Source: Paludibacteraceae bacterium (GTDB lineage: Bacteria > Bacteroidota > Bacteroidia > Bacteroidales > Paludibacteraceae). Taken from it: a DNA stretch of 64,000 nt. The stretch covers positions 32,827-96,826 of the forward strand of contig JAKSNW010000004.1 in assembly GCA_024405895.1 (NCBI GenBank), written 5' to 3'. Shown piece by piece: positions 10,833 to 21,080 of the stretch (its first letter is position 1; each line of letters starts with the position of its first letter). Both the position numbers and the translations under genes were made by a program. The notes below the pieces were generated by a model that was not told the DNA's origin, ran no database searches, and saw only the letters and a program-made list of their open reading frames with translations.

Positions 10833-11615
10833 TTACTTCTTGGATTCCAGTATGCGCTCTATTTCGTTGGTCAGTTCTACAAACTGTTCTACAGAGAGGC
10901 ATTCCGGACGCTGCAGGAGATACTGTGACGGCAAAGGAGAATCGCCAGTAAGCGATTTCAAGGAGTTTCGCAGTGTCTTTCGGCGTTGGCCGAAGGCTGT
11001 TTTCACAACCTTGACAAACAACTGCTCGTTGCATGGCAAATGCTTCACCTCGTTACGCTCCATACGAATCACAGCCGATTTTACTTTCGGCGGAGGCGAG
11101 AACACGTGTTCATGAACGGTAAAGAGATATTCAATATTATAGAAAGCCTGGAGCAACACGCTGGTAATACCGTAGGTGCGACTTCCCGGAGGAGCAGCAA
11201 ATCGTTCTGCCACTTCCTTTTGAAGCATGCCGGCAGCCACAGGAATACGGTCGCGATATTCCAGGATTTTGAAGAAAATCTGCGTAGAGATATTATATGG
11301 ATAGTTACCGACCACATAGAAATCACCTTCAGGTACAATTGTCTCCAAAGGAAGACGAAGGAAATCGCCAGAAACAACATCCAACTGCGGATAGTTGAGT
11401 TTCAGGTAATCAACTGACTCACGGTCAACCTCTATGGCCGTAAGATTGATATTTGGATCTTGAAGGAGAAATTGCGTCAAGGCGCCCATACCAGGGCCTA
11501 TCTCCAATACACGGGTTGGAGATTCAACGCGAAGAGAATCGGCTACGCCCTTCGCCACAGACATATCCACAAGGAAATGCTGTCCCAAGCTTTTTTTCGC
11601 TCTTACATCTGTCAT
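10833..11615 (-). CDS. rsmA: 16S rRNA (adenine1518/1519-N6)-dimethyltransferase
   Basis: 260 aa with KSLGQHFL, VLEIGPGMGALT and NYPYNIST motifs. Confidence 0.92.
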   Translation of the reverse strand: MTDVRAKKSLGQHFLVDMSVAKGVADSLRVESPTRVLEIGPGMGALTQFLLQDPNINLTAIEVDRESVDYLKLNYPQLDVVSGDFLRLPLETIVPEGDFYVVGNYPYNISTQIFFKILEYRDRIPVAAGMLQKEVAERFAAPPGSRTYGITSVLLQAFYNIEYLFTVHEHVFSPPPKVKSAVIRMERNEVKHLPCNEQLFVKVVKTAFGQRRKTLRNSLKSLTGDSPLPSQYLLQRPECLSVEQFVELTNEIERILESKK

Positions 11616-11759
11616 GTTGCAACGGGTCGTCAGGTGCCATATACTAATTTTACTGTTACTTTTCGCAAGGGAAACATGGCAGAAACAAGCACTAAGACAC
11701 TTATTTCAAGCCAATTAGAACAAGATGCAAGTAAACTTGGAATTGTCTACAAATTGCAC

Positions 11760-11767
11760 TATCTTTG
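11760..11767 (+). promoter_or_regulatory. -7 promoter box TATCTTTG
   Basis: Matches TAnnTTTG, 42 nt upstream of the GtrA-like ATG. Confidence 0.4.
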
Positions 11768-11808
11768 CCCTTGCATTTTTGCGCTGCAAAATTAAAGAGA
11801 ATTGCGCA

Positions 11809-12354
11809 ATGACACAAATAGTTTCGCAAAAAAATAGCACTCAAATTTTCACTTTGAACAAAAAAATTGCTGCCTTCGTCACTCGAGTGGTCGATTTCTT
11901 CTATCCACCATTCCAGAAATTCGTGCCTTTGCAGGTTTTTCGCTATGCAGTCACTGGTGGCGGAAACGTGTGTCTTGACTGGATTCTCTACTTTATTTTC
12001 TACAATTTCATCTTCCGCAAAGAGATTGTACAAGTAACATCCCAACTGGCCTTCACACCGCACATTGCCTCATTCTTCATTGTTTTCCCAATCACCTTCT
12101 TTACAGGATTCTGGTTGGCAAAGTATGTAAGTTTCAGCAATTCAAACATCCGAGGACGCGTTCAACTCTTCCGCTATCTTACGGTAGTGCTGTTCAACAT
12201 TCTGCTTAACTATTTCGGTTTGAAGCTCTTGGTTGAAGTATGTCACCTCTACCCCACACCATCAAAGATGTGTATCACTGTGATTGCCACATTGATAAGT
12301 TTCGTAGCCCAAAAATACTATTCATTCAAAGTAAAAGAAGACCCAAAGAATTAG
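11809..12354 (+). CDS. GtrA-like membrane protein
   Basis: Starts at the internal ATG (MTQIVSQ...). It has four TM helices and FRYAVTGGGNVCLDW, typical of the GtrA family. Confidence 0.65.
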   Translation: MTQIVSQKNSTQIFTLNKKIAAFVTRVVDFFYPPFQKFVPLQVFRYAVTGGGNVCLDWILYFIFYNFIFRKEIVQVTSQLAFTPHIASFFIVFPITFFTGFWLAKYVSFSNSNIRGRVQLFRYLTVVLFNILLNYFGLKLLVEVCHLYPTPSKMCITVIATLISFVAQKYYSFKVKEDPKN

Positions 12355-12371
12355 TCTTCAAGCCACAACGC

Positions 12372-13340
12372 ATGATTCAGAAACGCTCCTACAGCATTCT
12401 CACCATTTTGAAATGGATTATTTCCATTGCTGCCTACGCGTTTCTTGCGTTCAAACTGATTACATTCAGCAACTATGCCGAACTGAAATATCAGTTTTCG
12501 AACATTTCTTCAAACACCTTCCTCTGGCTATTAGCCGCCCTATCGCTACTCCCACTTAACATTCTTGCTGAGAGTATCAAATGGGAAATGCTTATTCGCC
12601 CAATTCAAAACGTCAGTTTGAAAGAAGCCATCAAGATGGTGCTTTGGGGCAATGCTGGTGCATTTTTCACACCAAACCGCATAGGCGAATTTCCCACACG
12701 TGCCATGCTCTTACCTCAAGGAACACGCACATCTGCCGTATCTTTGGGATTTGTAGGCAGTTTGGCACAAACCATCGTCATAAGCACCTGCGGCATCATT
12801 GCACTAAACTACTTCATTCCGTTTTGCATTGAACATTATGCTGAGCAAACTCACATAGACTTGAACAGATACGTCATTCCATATATTATTGTCACCATAT
12901 TTCTTTTCGCATTATTCATTTCCATTCCGTTATGGATAAAAGTGCTAAACAAAATCAACAATCGGCATATAAAAAATATCGCTGCGGTTTGTCAGCAACT
13001 AAATCCGACACATTTATTACAGATTCTGTTTATCGCTGCCCTTCGCTATGGCATTTTCAGCCTACAGAGTTTTTGCATGTATCGTTTTTGTCTCGTCAAT
13101 TTCTCTTTCGAAACGGCATTGATTGCCATTCCTACATTTTTCCTTTTCGTAACCTTTACGCCTTCAATCAACGTTTCAGAAATGGCAGTCAGAAGCACAT
13201 ATGCGACATTCATAATTTCCTGTTTTTCAAACAACTTAATAGGTATCATACTGGCCAGTTCACTAACATGGGTCATCAACTATTGTTTGCCTATGCTGTT
13301 AGGTTCTTTATTTGTTAAATTCAACAATTCGAACAATTAG
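12372..13340 (+). CDS. polytopic membrane protein, lysyl-PG synthase TM-region (flippase-like, UPF0104) family
   Basis: Starts at MIQKRSYSILTILKW. It has multiple TM helices and a FFTPNRIGEFPTRAMLL motif resembling the LPG_synthase_TM family. Confidence 0.55.
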   Translation: MIQKRSYSILTILKWIISIAAYAFLAFKLITFSNYAELKYQFSNISSNTFLWLLAALSLLPLNILAESIKWEMLIRPIQNVSLKEAIKMVLWGNAGAFFTPNRIGEFPTRAMLLPQGTRTSAVSLGFVGSLAQTIVISTCGIIALNYFIPFCIEHYAEQTHIDLNRYVIPYIIVTIFLFALFISIPLWIKVLNKINNRHIKNIAAVCQQLNPTHLLQILFIAALRYGIFSLQSFCMYRFCLVNFSFETALIAIPTFFLFVTFTPSINVSEMAVRSTYATFIISCFSNNLIGIILASSLTWVINYCLPMLLGSLFVKFNNSNN

Positions 13341-13516
13341 GTTCTATTGCTTTTATCTTATTTTTCACTTATAACACGCCTACTAAAAAGTCCACAATTT
13401 TCACACACAATACTAACAGACAGTTAATTACAAAACGAAAACAAAAAAAACAAGTCAAAATTAGAAAAAATCAAATTTTTACCAAAAAACCACAACTAAA
13501 TATCAAATAAAAAACA

Positions 13517-13524
13517 TATCTTTG
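13517..13524 (+). promoter_or_regulatory. -7 promoter box TATCTTTG
   Basis: 31 nt upstream of the histidine kinase ATG. Confidence 0.45.
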
Positions 13525-13554
13525 CGGTGCCATAAAATTAAGAATGGTATTTAG

Positions 13555-15045
13555 ATGAAAAAGCACTTAGTCTGGGTAATATCAGGCTCAATTTTTGCCA
13601 TTATAATCACGCTATTTGCACTGCAAATCATGGTTATCGAACGTTCTTCGAAGCTATTGACCGATAGTTTCGATGTCAACGTGCATGCCTTGCTATACCT
13701 TGTAAATGAAGACATTCAGGCTAATGAATTGGAATATTATGCCGATTCGCTCATCGGATTACCAAAGAATGATGTTCTGATAGATGCGGAAGATTCCAAA
13801 TACAATCTCAGTTCTGCAAAGATTGACGTTGACACTTTTTCTTCCTACCATCTCACAACCCGCAATACACCCTCAAATATCACCGATTTGGTTCGCCATC
13901 GCCAAAAAATGTCGATGGAGAGTTTCCGCCATAACCAATCACTGCTGAACGATGTCATCTTCAAACTGATTTCCGACGCACCTGCCAAAAGCATCGAAGA
14001 AAGAATCAATTTCCAGGATCTTGATGCAATAGTTGCCGAGAAATTCGAACAAGCAAACATTTCGCACCCATATGTTCTCACCGTCACAAACAAGAAAACG
14101 AACAAAGAGTTATATCGTTCCTATTCAGAGAACTATACCGGAATATCCTGGCAAGGAGACTACACGAAAGTGTTTACACAACGTCTGTTCCCTACCAGCA
14201 CCTATAACGATGTCTATCTGCTGAATGTCTATTTCCGTCCGCTGTCGCAGTTGAGACAGACAATGACATTGTTTATTCCAGTATTAATTGTCACGATTCT
14301 GTTACTTATTGTAGCATCCATATCTATTTATATCATCTTCAAACAGCGTCAGTTGTCACAGATTAAAACCGATTTTGTCAACAACATGACACACGAATTG
14401 AAGACTCCTGTTGCTTCCATATCTCTGGCAACAGAGATGCTACGCGATAAGAAAATCAGCCACTCACAAGAGTCTCAAGACAACCTTTTGGGCATTATAC
14501 ACGAGGAATCCCTACGTTTAAGAATGCTCATTGACCGCACACTTCAGACCTCCATTCTGGATACAGAAAAAGCCTTTCTCCGTGCTAAAGAGGAGAATGT
14601 GCATGTCATCATACAAAATGCCGTCAAGAACTTCGCCTTCAAAGTGGAACACAACGACGGCAAAATCATCACTCGCCTCGAAGCTGAAGATGCCGAGTGC
14701 ATGGTCGACAAATCTCACTTAGAGAATGTCATCATCAATCTCATGGAGAATGCGGTAAAATATAGCCGCGAAAACCTTCTGTTGGAGATTAGCACTCACA
14801 ATGAGAACGACAACCTTATCATTACGGTTGCCGACAACGGCATTGGCATCAAGAAGGAGCACTTGAAACAGATTTTCAACCGTTTCTATCGTGTTCCAAC
14901 AGGCAACGTCCACAACGTGAAAGGTCACGGATTGGGACTTACCTATGTGAAAAAAATCGTCGAGAGCCACAATGGCACCATATCGGTGACCAGCGAATAC
15001 GGCCTCGGAACAACCTTTACAATATCAATTCCTATCATAAAATAG
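13555..15045 (+). CDS. membrane sensor histidine kinase
   Basis: 496 aa with two TM segments, an H box (FVNNMTHELKTPVASI), an N box (NLMENAVKYS) and G boxes (DNGIGI, GHGLGLTYV). Confidence 0.9.
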   Translation: MKKHLVWVISGSIFAIIITLFALQIMVIERSSKLLTDSFDVNVHALLYLVNEDIQANELEYYADSLIGLPKNDVLIDAEDSKYNLSSAKIDVDTFSSYHLTTRNTPSNITDLVRHRQKMSMESFRHNQSLLNDVIFKLISDAPAKSIEERINFQDLDAIVAEKFEQANISHPYVLTVTNKKTNKELYRSYSENYTGISWQGDYTKVFTQRLFPTSTYNDVYLLNVYFRPLSQLRQTMTLFIPVLIVTILLLIVASISIYIIFKQRQLSQIKTDFVNNMTHELKTPVASISLATEMLRDKKISHSQESQDNLLGIIHEESLRLRMLIDRTLQTSILDTEKAFLRAKEENVHVIIQNAVKNFAFKVEHNDGKIITRLEAEDAECMVDKSHLENVIINLMENAVKYSRENLLLEISTHNENDNLIITVADNGIGIKKEHLKQIFNRFYRVPTGNVHNVKGHGLGLTYVKKIVESHNGTISVTSEYGLGTTFTISIPIIK

Positions 15046-15051
15046 AAGTAT

Positions 15052-15750
15052 ATGGACAAAATTAAAATCTTACTTTGCGAAGACGACAAAAACCTTGGTA
15101 GTCTTCTCCGTGAGTACCTTATTCAAAAAGGTTATGACTGTGACCTCATCGGTGATGGTGAAGCCGGTTATCAAGCATTCATTTCTACCACCTACAACAT
15201 CTGCATCTTGGATGTTATGATGCCTAAGAAAGACGGCTTTACACTCGCCCAGGATATCCGCAGAATCAACACCAACGTGCCTATCGTATTCCTTACAGCA
15301 AAAACTTTGAAGGAAGACGTTCTCGAAGGTTTCCGCATTGGCGCCGACGACTACATCCAAAAACCATTCAGCATGGAAGAACTTCTTCTCCGTATCGAAG
15401 CTATCATGCGTCGTGTTTCAGTTCGTGGCATCAAAAACGAAATCGAGTACAAAATCGGCACCTTGGTATTCAACACACAAAAACAATTGCTCATCACTCC
15501 TACTGAGCAAAAACGTTTGACAACAAAGGAGACCGAATTGCTTACTCTCTTGGTTCAGAACGTAAACAACATTCTTGAACGCAACATTGCTTTGAAAACT
15601 ATTTGGGTAGAAGACAACTATTTCAATGCACGCAGCATGGACGTTTACATCACAAAACTCCGCAAAATGCTCCGCGTTGATCCAGACATCGAAATTATCA
15701 ACATTCACGGCAAAGGCTACAAACTCGTTGACCCAACTCACAACGAATAA
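15052..15750 (+). CDS. OmpR/PhoB-type response regulator
   Basis: 232 aa with a receiver domain (ILLCEDD, ILDVMMPKKDG) and a winged-helix output domain (LTTKETELLTLL...YITKLRKML...GKGYKL). Confidence 0.9.
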   Translation: MDKIKILLCEDDKNLGSLLREYLIQKGYDCDLIGDGEAGYQAFISTTYNICILDVMMPKKDGFTLAQDIRRINTNVPIVFLTAKTLKEDVLEGFRIGADDYIQKPFSMEELLLRIEAIMRRVSVRGIKNEIEYKIGTLVFNTQKQLLITPTEQKRLTTKETELLTLLVQNVNNILERNIALKTIWVEDNYFNARSMDVYITKLRKMLRVDPDIEIINIHGKGYKLVDPTHNE

Positions 15751-15776
15751 ACAACGGGCTAATACCTAAAAAACAG

Positions 15777-15815
15777 AAAGGTGTCTTCATTTTTATGGAG
15801 ACACCTTTTCTTTTG
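15777..15815 (+). terminator. Rho-independent terminator after the response regulator gene
   Basis: Stem AAAGGTGTCT / AGACACCTTT followed by TTTTCTTTT. Confidence 0.6.
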
Positions 15816-15824
15816 AGACGGGAC

Positions 15825-15860
15825 AAAAAAAATCTGCCTCAGAAAAATCCAAGGCAGACT
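15825..15860 (-). terminator. Rho-independent terminator of the lipocalin-like gene
   Basis: Stem TCTGCCT / AGGCAGA with an 8-nt A run on plus (a T run on the minus strand). Confidence 0.55.
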
Positions 15861-15881
15861 TTATTTATTACGAACTAAATA

Positions 15882-16346
15882 TTAGTTAGTCTTTTTGAAT
15901 ACCAAGAAACGGTCGATACCGTCTTTTGAATAGTAACAGAAACGGAGACGACCACGATCGATAGTTGCTCTGTAAGTGAATTTGTCGTAGTTAGGATCCA
16001 TTACAACGAGAGTCTCGCCATCCCATTCGTAGTTGTTAGCAAAACGGCAGCCGAGGTCAACGATATCAATTGAGAACAAAGAGTCTTCAATTTGAAGTGA
16101 GTTAGCCTTGAATACGTCAGGAGTAGCACCTTGAATGCTTGATGTAAGATCTGTTACGCAAGTATCAATAACCTCTTCAGCAGCCATAGCTTGCCATGTG
16201 CCGATCAACATAGCACGTGAAGGACCTGTGGGTGTAGTATCATTACCTGGATTTACTGGTTCACCACCATTACCACATGAAGAGAATGCCATAACGGCTG
16301 CAAAAATCATTGCAATGCCGAAAAATGATGCAAAAAATTTTTTCAT
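15882..16346 (-). CDS. lipocalin-like lipoprotein
   Basis: 154 aa with lipobox (AFSSCGNG) and an LIGTWQ motif typical of lipocalin-like domains. Confidence 0.6.
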   Translation of the reverse strand: MKKFFASFFGIAMIFAAVMAFSSCGNGGEPVNPGNDTTPTGPSRAMLIGTWQAMAAEEVIDTCVTDLTSSIQGATPDVFKANSLQIEDSLFSIDIVDLGCRFANNYEWDGETLVVMDPNYDKFTYRATIDRGRLRFCYYSKDGIDRFLVFKKTN

Positions 16347-16640
16347 AGCGTTTAACTATTAAATTGTTGTTATTATTTCCTAATCCAAAAAATTCAAGCC
16401 TATGCTTGAACGCTGCAAATTTACCATTTTTTCTTTTTCATTCTGCCTTAATTACAATATTTTTTTTACTGCTAGCACTAACACATTGATTTTATTAAGA
16501 TTACAAACACCACTTACCAACTTATATACGAAATCGTTTGACCCGTTCAAAACTTTACTGTCAAACAGATTCTTCCTTTTTCAAAAAAAATCACGGTCAA
16601 TAATCCCAACGAAATACTTTGTCATAAAGTCGTGTTGCAT

Positions 16641-16648
16641 TATCTTTG
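16641..16648 (+). promoter_or_regulatory. -7 promoter box TATCTTTG
   Basis: 36 nt upstream of the DUF2156 gene ATG. Confidence 0.45.
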
Positions 16649-16683
16649 CAAAGAAATTTCATTAAACGAGAAATCGAACTAAC

Positions 16684-17598
16684 ATGCCTGATTTTTCAAC
16701 AATTACAATAGAAACAGACATTTTTATACGTCCATTTCTCCAGCAAGATTCCGGCTGGAGCGATTGTAATTGTCTATGGGCAAATCTGTGTGGATGGCAA
16801 AGGAAATATCAGTATGCTTATGCCATACTCAACAACAACACCTTGGTTATTCGCGAGACAACAGGCACTCAGTCACGATTTCTTTTTCCGCAGCAAAACA
16901 TCACACACGAATTATTTCTATCGTTTCCATCGCTAAGTCCAAATGGCATCACACTATTCAGCTGCAGCAAATCATTTGTCAACACGCTGACCCAACTGTC
17001 TGCCCTCTACCCTCAAATAAAAATAGCCTCCATCTCACACGATGGTAGTTGGGACGATTACATATATAATACATCCAACCTTAGCCAACTGACTGGCAAA
17101 CGCTACCAACCCAAACGCAACCATATCAACAAGTTCAAGACAACATTTCCAAATTTCAACATAGAGCCATTGGAAGAAAGCGATTTTGAATCTTGTTTGA
17201 TTTTGGCAGAGAACTGGATGAAAGAAGAGTTGGCCAAGCATCCAGACAGTGAAGCCCAGAATCTTAAGGACGAACTTGAATATATCAGATATTCATTGCA
17301 ACATTTTCATCGTCTTGATCTGGAAGGTCTGACCTTGAAAGTTGGCAAAGAATTGGTTGCTTTCTGCTTCGGAGCACCACTAAACAACTCCACCTTCAAC
17401 ACTTGCATAGAGAAGGCAAGTTCTCAGTTTCCAGGGAGCTACATCGTTATCAATCAAGCGATGGCTCAAAGAGTAGCCGACCGATTTATGTTTATCAATC
17501 GCGAAGAGGACCTCGGTTTGGAAGGACTTCGACATGCCAAACAATCGTATTATCCTTGTAAAATGACAGAAAAATATGAAGTCGAACTATCATATTAA
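16684..17598 (+). CDS. DUF2156 protein (homolog of the aminoacyl-phosphatidylglycerol synthase C-terminal domain)
   Basis: 304 aa. LTGKRYQPKRNHINKF and INREEDLGLEGLRHAKQSYYP match my memory of the DUF2156/LPG_synthase_C family. Confidence 0.7.
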   Translation: MPDFSTITIETDIFIRPFLQQDSGWSDCNCLWANLCGWQRKYQYAYAILNNNTLVIRETTGTQSRFLFPQQNITHELFLSFPSLSPNGITLFSCSKSFVNTLTQLSALYPQIKIASISHDGSWDDYIYNTSNLSQLTGKRYQPKRNHINKFKTTFPNFNIEPLEESDFESCLILAENWMKEELAKHPDSEAQNLKDELEYIRYSLQHFHRLDLEGLTLKVGKELVAFCFGAPLNNSTFNTCIEKASSQFPGSYIVINQAMAQRVADRFMFINREEDLGLEGLRHAKQSYYPCKMTEKYEVELSY

Positions 17599-18391
17599 GA
17601 AAGCCACTCAGGCCCACTTGCCCCAATGCATACAGCTTTGGCACGATTGTTTCGGTGACGATGATGCCTTCATCCAAGATTTTTTCTGCCAAAATCCACT
17701 CCACGGATGGTTGATTCTGGAAGACGACCTCGTTGTATCCCAACTGTTTATTTTACAAGGAAAACATCCACACGTCCCAAATCATCCAGTCTATTATATT
17801 TACGCTTGCGCCACTGCTGAGACACACCGTAAACAAGGACTTATGACCACATTGCTGCATCAGGCAGCCCAAGAAGCCTCAGAAGAAAACGCATTGGTTT
17901 TCATTCAGCCAGCAGACAGTCATTTAGCTGATTATTACAGTCGTTGCGGATTTAAGCCAATCTATCGTTACAAAACCGAAAGTACACATACATTTTCACC
18001 GTCGAACCTCAAAATCGCATCCGGTTCGTTGGAAAAGATGCTGCAGATTCGCAACAACAGCCTCAACAGCAATCGAATAATCTGGCCTTCTGAGCACTTG
18101 GAATTAGCCACCAAGATAGCAAAAGACGAAAACGGTGATATCCTGTTCTTTACCAATGGTTTTGAAACCGGCTATATTCTTTACCGTCAGGGCGAATCTC
18201 AAGCCATTTCCATAGACGAAACAGTTTATTCCCAAGGCATCAGTTTTCAGGAAGTTTTGGACTTTCTGCACCAACAAACAGGCTGCAAAGCCATTACTTT
18301 CAAACAAACAGACTCAAATGGCATGGTTGGTGCAATGGCAATGGGAGATATTTCCCAATTGGAAATTGACTGGAGTTTAGGTTTAGACTAA
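17576..18391 (+). CDS. GNAT-family acetyltransferase-like protein
   Basis: 271 aa. The N-terminus (IKKATQAHLPQCIQLWHDCFGDD) and HRKQGLMTTLL are an acetyl-CoA-binding-like motif. It overlaps the upstream gene by 23 nt. Confidence 0.6.
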   Translation: MKSNYHIKKATQAHLPQCIQLWHDCFGDDDAFIQDFFCQNPLHGWLILEDDLVVSQLFILQGKHPHVPNHPVYYIYACATAETHRKQGLMTTLLHQAAQEASEENALVFIQPADSHLADYYSRCGFKPIYRYKTESTHTFSPSNLKIASGSLEKMLQIRNNSLNSNRIIWPSEHLELATKIAKDENGDILFFTNGFETGYILYRQGESQAISIDETVYSQGISFQEVLDFLHQQTGCKAITFKQTDSNGMVGAMAMGDISQLEIDWSLGLD

Positions 18392-18667
18392 ATGCTCTGT
18401 AACATTTTGGCAACAGTCAGTTTCCACTTGTCATTGTCAAAAGCACGACAGCATTTCGAGATTAGATTATCATCTTTTCCAAAACAAAATCAAATATTTA
18501 AGTCGCGTCTGAAAATTATCCAACACCATTTCACCGCAGCCATTTTTATGGTAGAAACATCATTTTCCAAATATGTTTTCAAGACAACAAAAACAGAACT
18601 TCTCTCCCACATTTTTCAGCTGATAAAATCAGTTCAATTCTATAGCCGTTTTTTAACAGAAAACCAT

Positions 18668-18675
18668 TATCTTTG
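18668..18675 (+). promoter_or_regulatory. -7 promoter box TATCTTTG
   Basis: 28 nt upstream of the panB ATG. Confidence 0.45.
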
Positions 18676-18702
18676 CGTGATTAAATAAAATAGAACAAAA
18701 AC

Positions 18703-19524
18703 ATGTCGGTACATCAAGCTGAAGACAGCAGAAAAGTGACTACCAGACGTTTGGTAGAGATGAAGCAACGTGGCGAGCGAATCAGCATGCTCACCTCATA
18801 CGACTATACCACAGCCGCCATCGTTGATGGCGCCGGTGTTGACGTGATTCTTGTGGGCGACTCAGCCTCCAATGTCATGGCAGGTAACGTTACCACACTT
18901 CCAATTACTCTCGACCAAATGATTTACCACGGCAAATCCGTGGTAAGAGCAGTGAAACGTGCTTTGGTTGCCGTTGACATGCCTTTCGGTACTTATCAAG
19001 GTAACTCAAAAGAGGCGTTGAGCTCTGCCATCAGAATCATGAAAGAGACTCATGCCGATGCCATCAAATTGGAAGGCGGCGAAGAAGTGATTGAGTCTGT
19101 CAACCGTATTCTCTGCGCTGGTATTCCCGTTATGGGACATCTCGGACTGATGCCACAGTCAATCAATAAATACGGCACTTACAACGTGAGAGCCAAAGAA
19201 CAGGACGAAGCAGAAAAACTGATTCGCGATGCCCACCTCTTGCAAGAAGCTGGCTGTTTTGCCATCGTTTTGGAGAAAATTCCAGCAGAATTGGGCGCTC
19301 GCGTAGCCAGAGAGTTGGAAATTCCAATCATCGGAATTGGTGCCGGTGGCGGTGTCGACGGTCAAGTGCTCGTGCTCCACGATATGCTCGGCATGACACA
19401 AGGTTTCTCTCCACGCTTCCTCCGTCGCTATGCCGACCTCAACACCGTTATTCACAACGCCGTAGCAGACTATGTGAAAGACGTGAAGACCAACGATTTT
19501 CCAAACGAAAACGAACAATACTAA
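18703..19524 (+). CDS. panB: 3-methyl-2-oxobutanoate hydroxymethyltransferase
   Basis: 273 aa with MLTSYDY, ILVGDS, DMPFG, KLEGG and GHLGLMPQS motifs. Confidence 0.92.
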   Translation: MSVHQAEDSRKVTTRRLVEMKQRGERISMLTSYDYTTAAIVDGAGVDVILVGDSASNVMAGNVTTLPITLDQMIYHGKSVVRAVKRALVAVDMPFGTYQGNSKEALSSAIRIMKETHADAIKLEGGEEVIESVNRILCAGIPVMGHLGLMPQSINKYGTYNVRAKEQDEAEKLIRDAHLLQEAGCFAIVLEKIPAELGARVARELEIPIIGIGAGGGVDGQVLVLHDMLGMTQGFSPRFLRRYADLNTVIHNAVADYVKDVKTNDFPNENEQY

Positions 19525-19560
19525 TACACCACTATACATTCAAAAAATCAAGTAACAACT

Positions 19561-20124
19561 ATGACTTACAGATTTACAGTTAAAAGCGACGAGAACGACC
19601 AGTTTCTCCGCGAGATCCGCATCGACTCTGCTGCCACATTCATTCAGTTGAACGATGCCATCCTCGACTCTGTGAAATTTACTCACGATGAGATAACATC
19701 CTTTTTCACCGTTACCGACCGCGACGAAGACCGCGAAATGTGGGCACAGTGGAACAAAGAACAGGAAATCACCGTTATGGATATGGGTTTGAGTAGCGAC
19801 CGCGACTCTTACATCATGGACAAGACATATCTCGACGAATTCATCCACGAAGAGCACCAGCGTCTCCTTTTCGTATTCGACCAAATGACAGAACGTGCCT
19901 TCTACGTTGAACTCGAGGAGATTATCATTGGTGAAGATGTTGACAAACCAGTATGCACAAGAAAACGTGGCGATGCTCCTAAACAACAGGTAGATTTCGA
20001 CACCATGACAGCCAACATTACTACCGACTCATCCATCTTCGACGACGACAACCTCTACGGTAGCGACGGCTACAACGAGGATGAACTGAGCGAAGGTTAC
20101 GAGATTCCAATGCAAGAAGAATAA
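19561..20124 (+). CDS. acidic hypothetical protein (possibly a pRiA4b ORF-3-like fold)
   Basis: 187 aa. The N-terminal pattern (YRFTVKSDENDQFLREIRIDSAATFIQLNDAI) loosely resembles that family, and the C-terminal tail is acidic. Confidence 0.5.
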   Translation: MTYRFTVKSDENDQFLREIRIDSAATFIQLNDAILDSVKFTHDEITSFFTVTDRDEDREMWAQWNKEQEITVMDMGLSSDRDSYIMDKTYLDEFIHEEHQRLLFVFDQMTERAFYVELEEIIIGEDVDKPVCTRKRGDAPKQQVDFDTMTANITTDSSIFDDDNLYGSDGYNEDELSEGYEIPMQEE

Positions 20125-20132
20125 CGGGCACC

Positions 20133-21080
20133 TTGCATCAAGCCAACCAGACATACCCGCTTAATACCACATCCTTGGTGGTTATCGTCGGTCCTACTGG
20201 AGTGGGCAAGACAGATTTGTGCATCCAAATCGCCAAGCAGTTGAAATGCAACATCATCTCATGCGATTCACGCCAAATCTACAAGGAAATGAGCATCGGA
20301 ACAGCCTCACCAACCACAGAACAGTTGCAAGAGGTGACTCACCGTTTCATAGCCTCACGTTCCATCTTCGACGATTACAATGCCGGACAATACGAACTTG
20401 ATGCCATCCCTGTTATCGAAAGCGAATTGAAGGCGCACGGAGCAGCCATACTTACCGGCGGCTCAATGCTTTACGTCGATGCCATCTGCAAAGGCATAGA
20501 CGACATTCCCGCCATTCCGCAAGAGATTCGCGAAGAGGTCCAAACCTTTGGTCACACACATCCTATCGAAGATGTGAGAAAATGGTTGAAGATGCTCGAC
20601 CCAGAGCATTACGACCGTTCCGACCTCATGAACCTTAAGCGCATGCTCCATGCCATAGAGATTTGCCTGACAGCAGAAAAACCTTATTCTTCGCTCCGCA
20701 CTAACAGTGTGAAGCCTCGCAATTTCAATATCATAAAGATTGGTTTGGAACGCCCGAGAGAAGAACTCTACGAACGTATCAACCAACGCACACTCATCAT
20801 GATGCAAGAAGGGTTTGAAGACGAAGCCCGTTGCCTCTACCCTCTCCGTCATCTCAACGCCTTGGACACCGTTGGCTACAAGGAATTGTTCTCTTATTTC
20901 AATGGCGAAATTCCGATTGAAGAAGCCATCCGACTGATTCAACGAAACACACGCCACTATGCAAAGAAACAGACCACGTGGTTCAAGCATTATGAAGATA
21001 TGGCTTGGTTCCATCCCGACAACTACGATGAAATCATGACCTACATTATTAAACAAGTAAACAACAACGCAACAGCATGA
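20133..21080 (+). CDS. miaA: tRNA dimethylallyltransferase
   Basis: P-loop (VGPTGVGKT), SCDSRQIYKEMSIGTA and RNTRHYAKKQTTWF. The only start before the P-loop is a TTG at 20133, so the exact start is uncertain. Confidence 0.88.
   Translation: MHQANQTYPLNTTSLVVIVGPTGVGKTDLCIQIAKQLKCNIISCDSRQIYKEMSIGTASPTTEQLQEVTHRFIASRSIFDDYNAGQYELDAIPVIESELKAHGAAILTGGSMLYVDAICKGIDDIPAIPQEIREEVQTFGHTHPIEDVRKWLKMLDPEHYDRSDLMNLKRMLHAIEICLTAEKPYSSLRTNSVKPRNFNIIKIGLERPREELYERINQRTLIMMQEGFEDEARCLYPLRHLNALDTVGYKELFSYFNGEIPIEEAIRLIQRNTRHYAKKQTTWFKHYEDMAWFHPDNYDEIMTYIIKQVNNNATA

Noticed and set aside
10756-11115. ORFs 10756..11034 (-) and 10786..11115 (+) bridging corA and rsmA
   Set aside because: They overlap the well-supported 3' end of rsmA in other frames and have no recognisable features.
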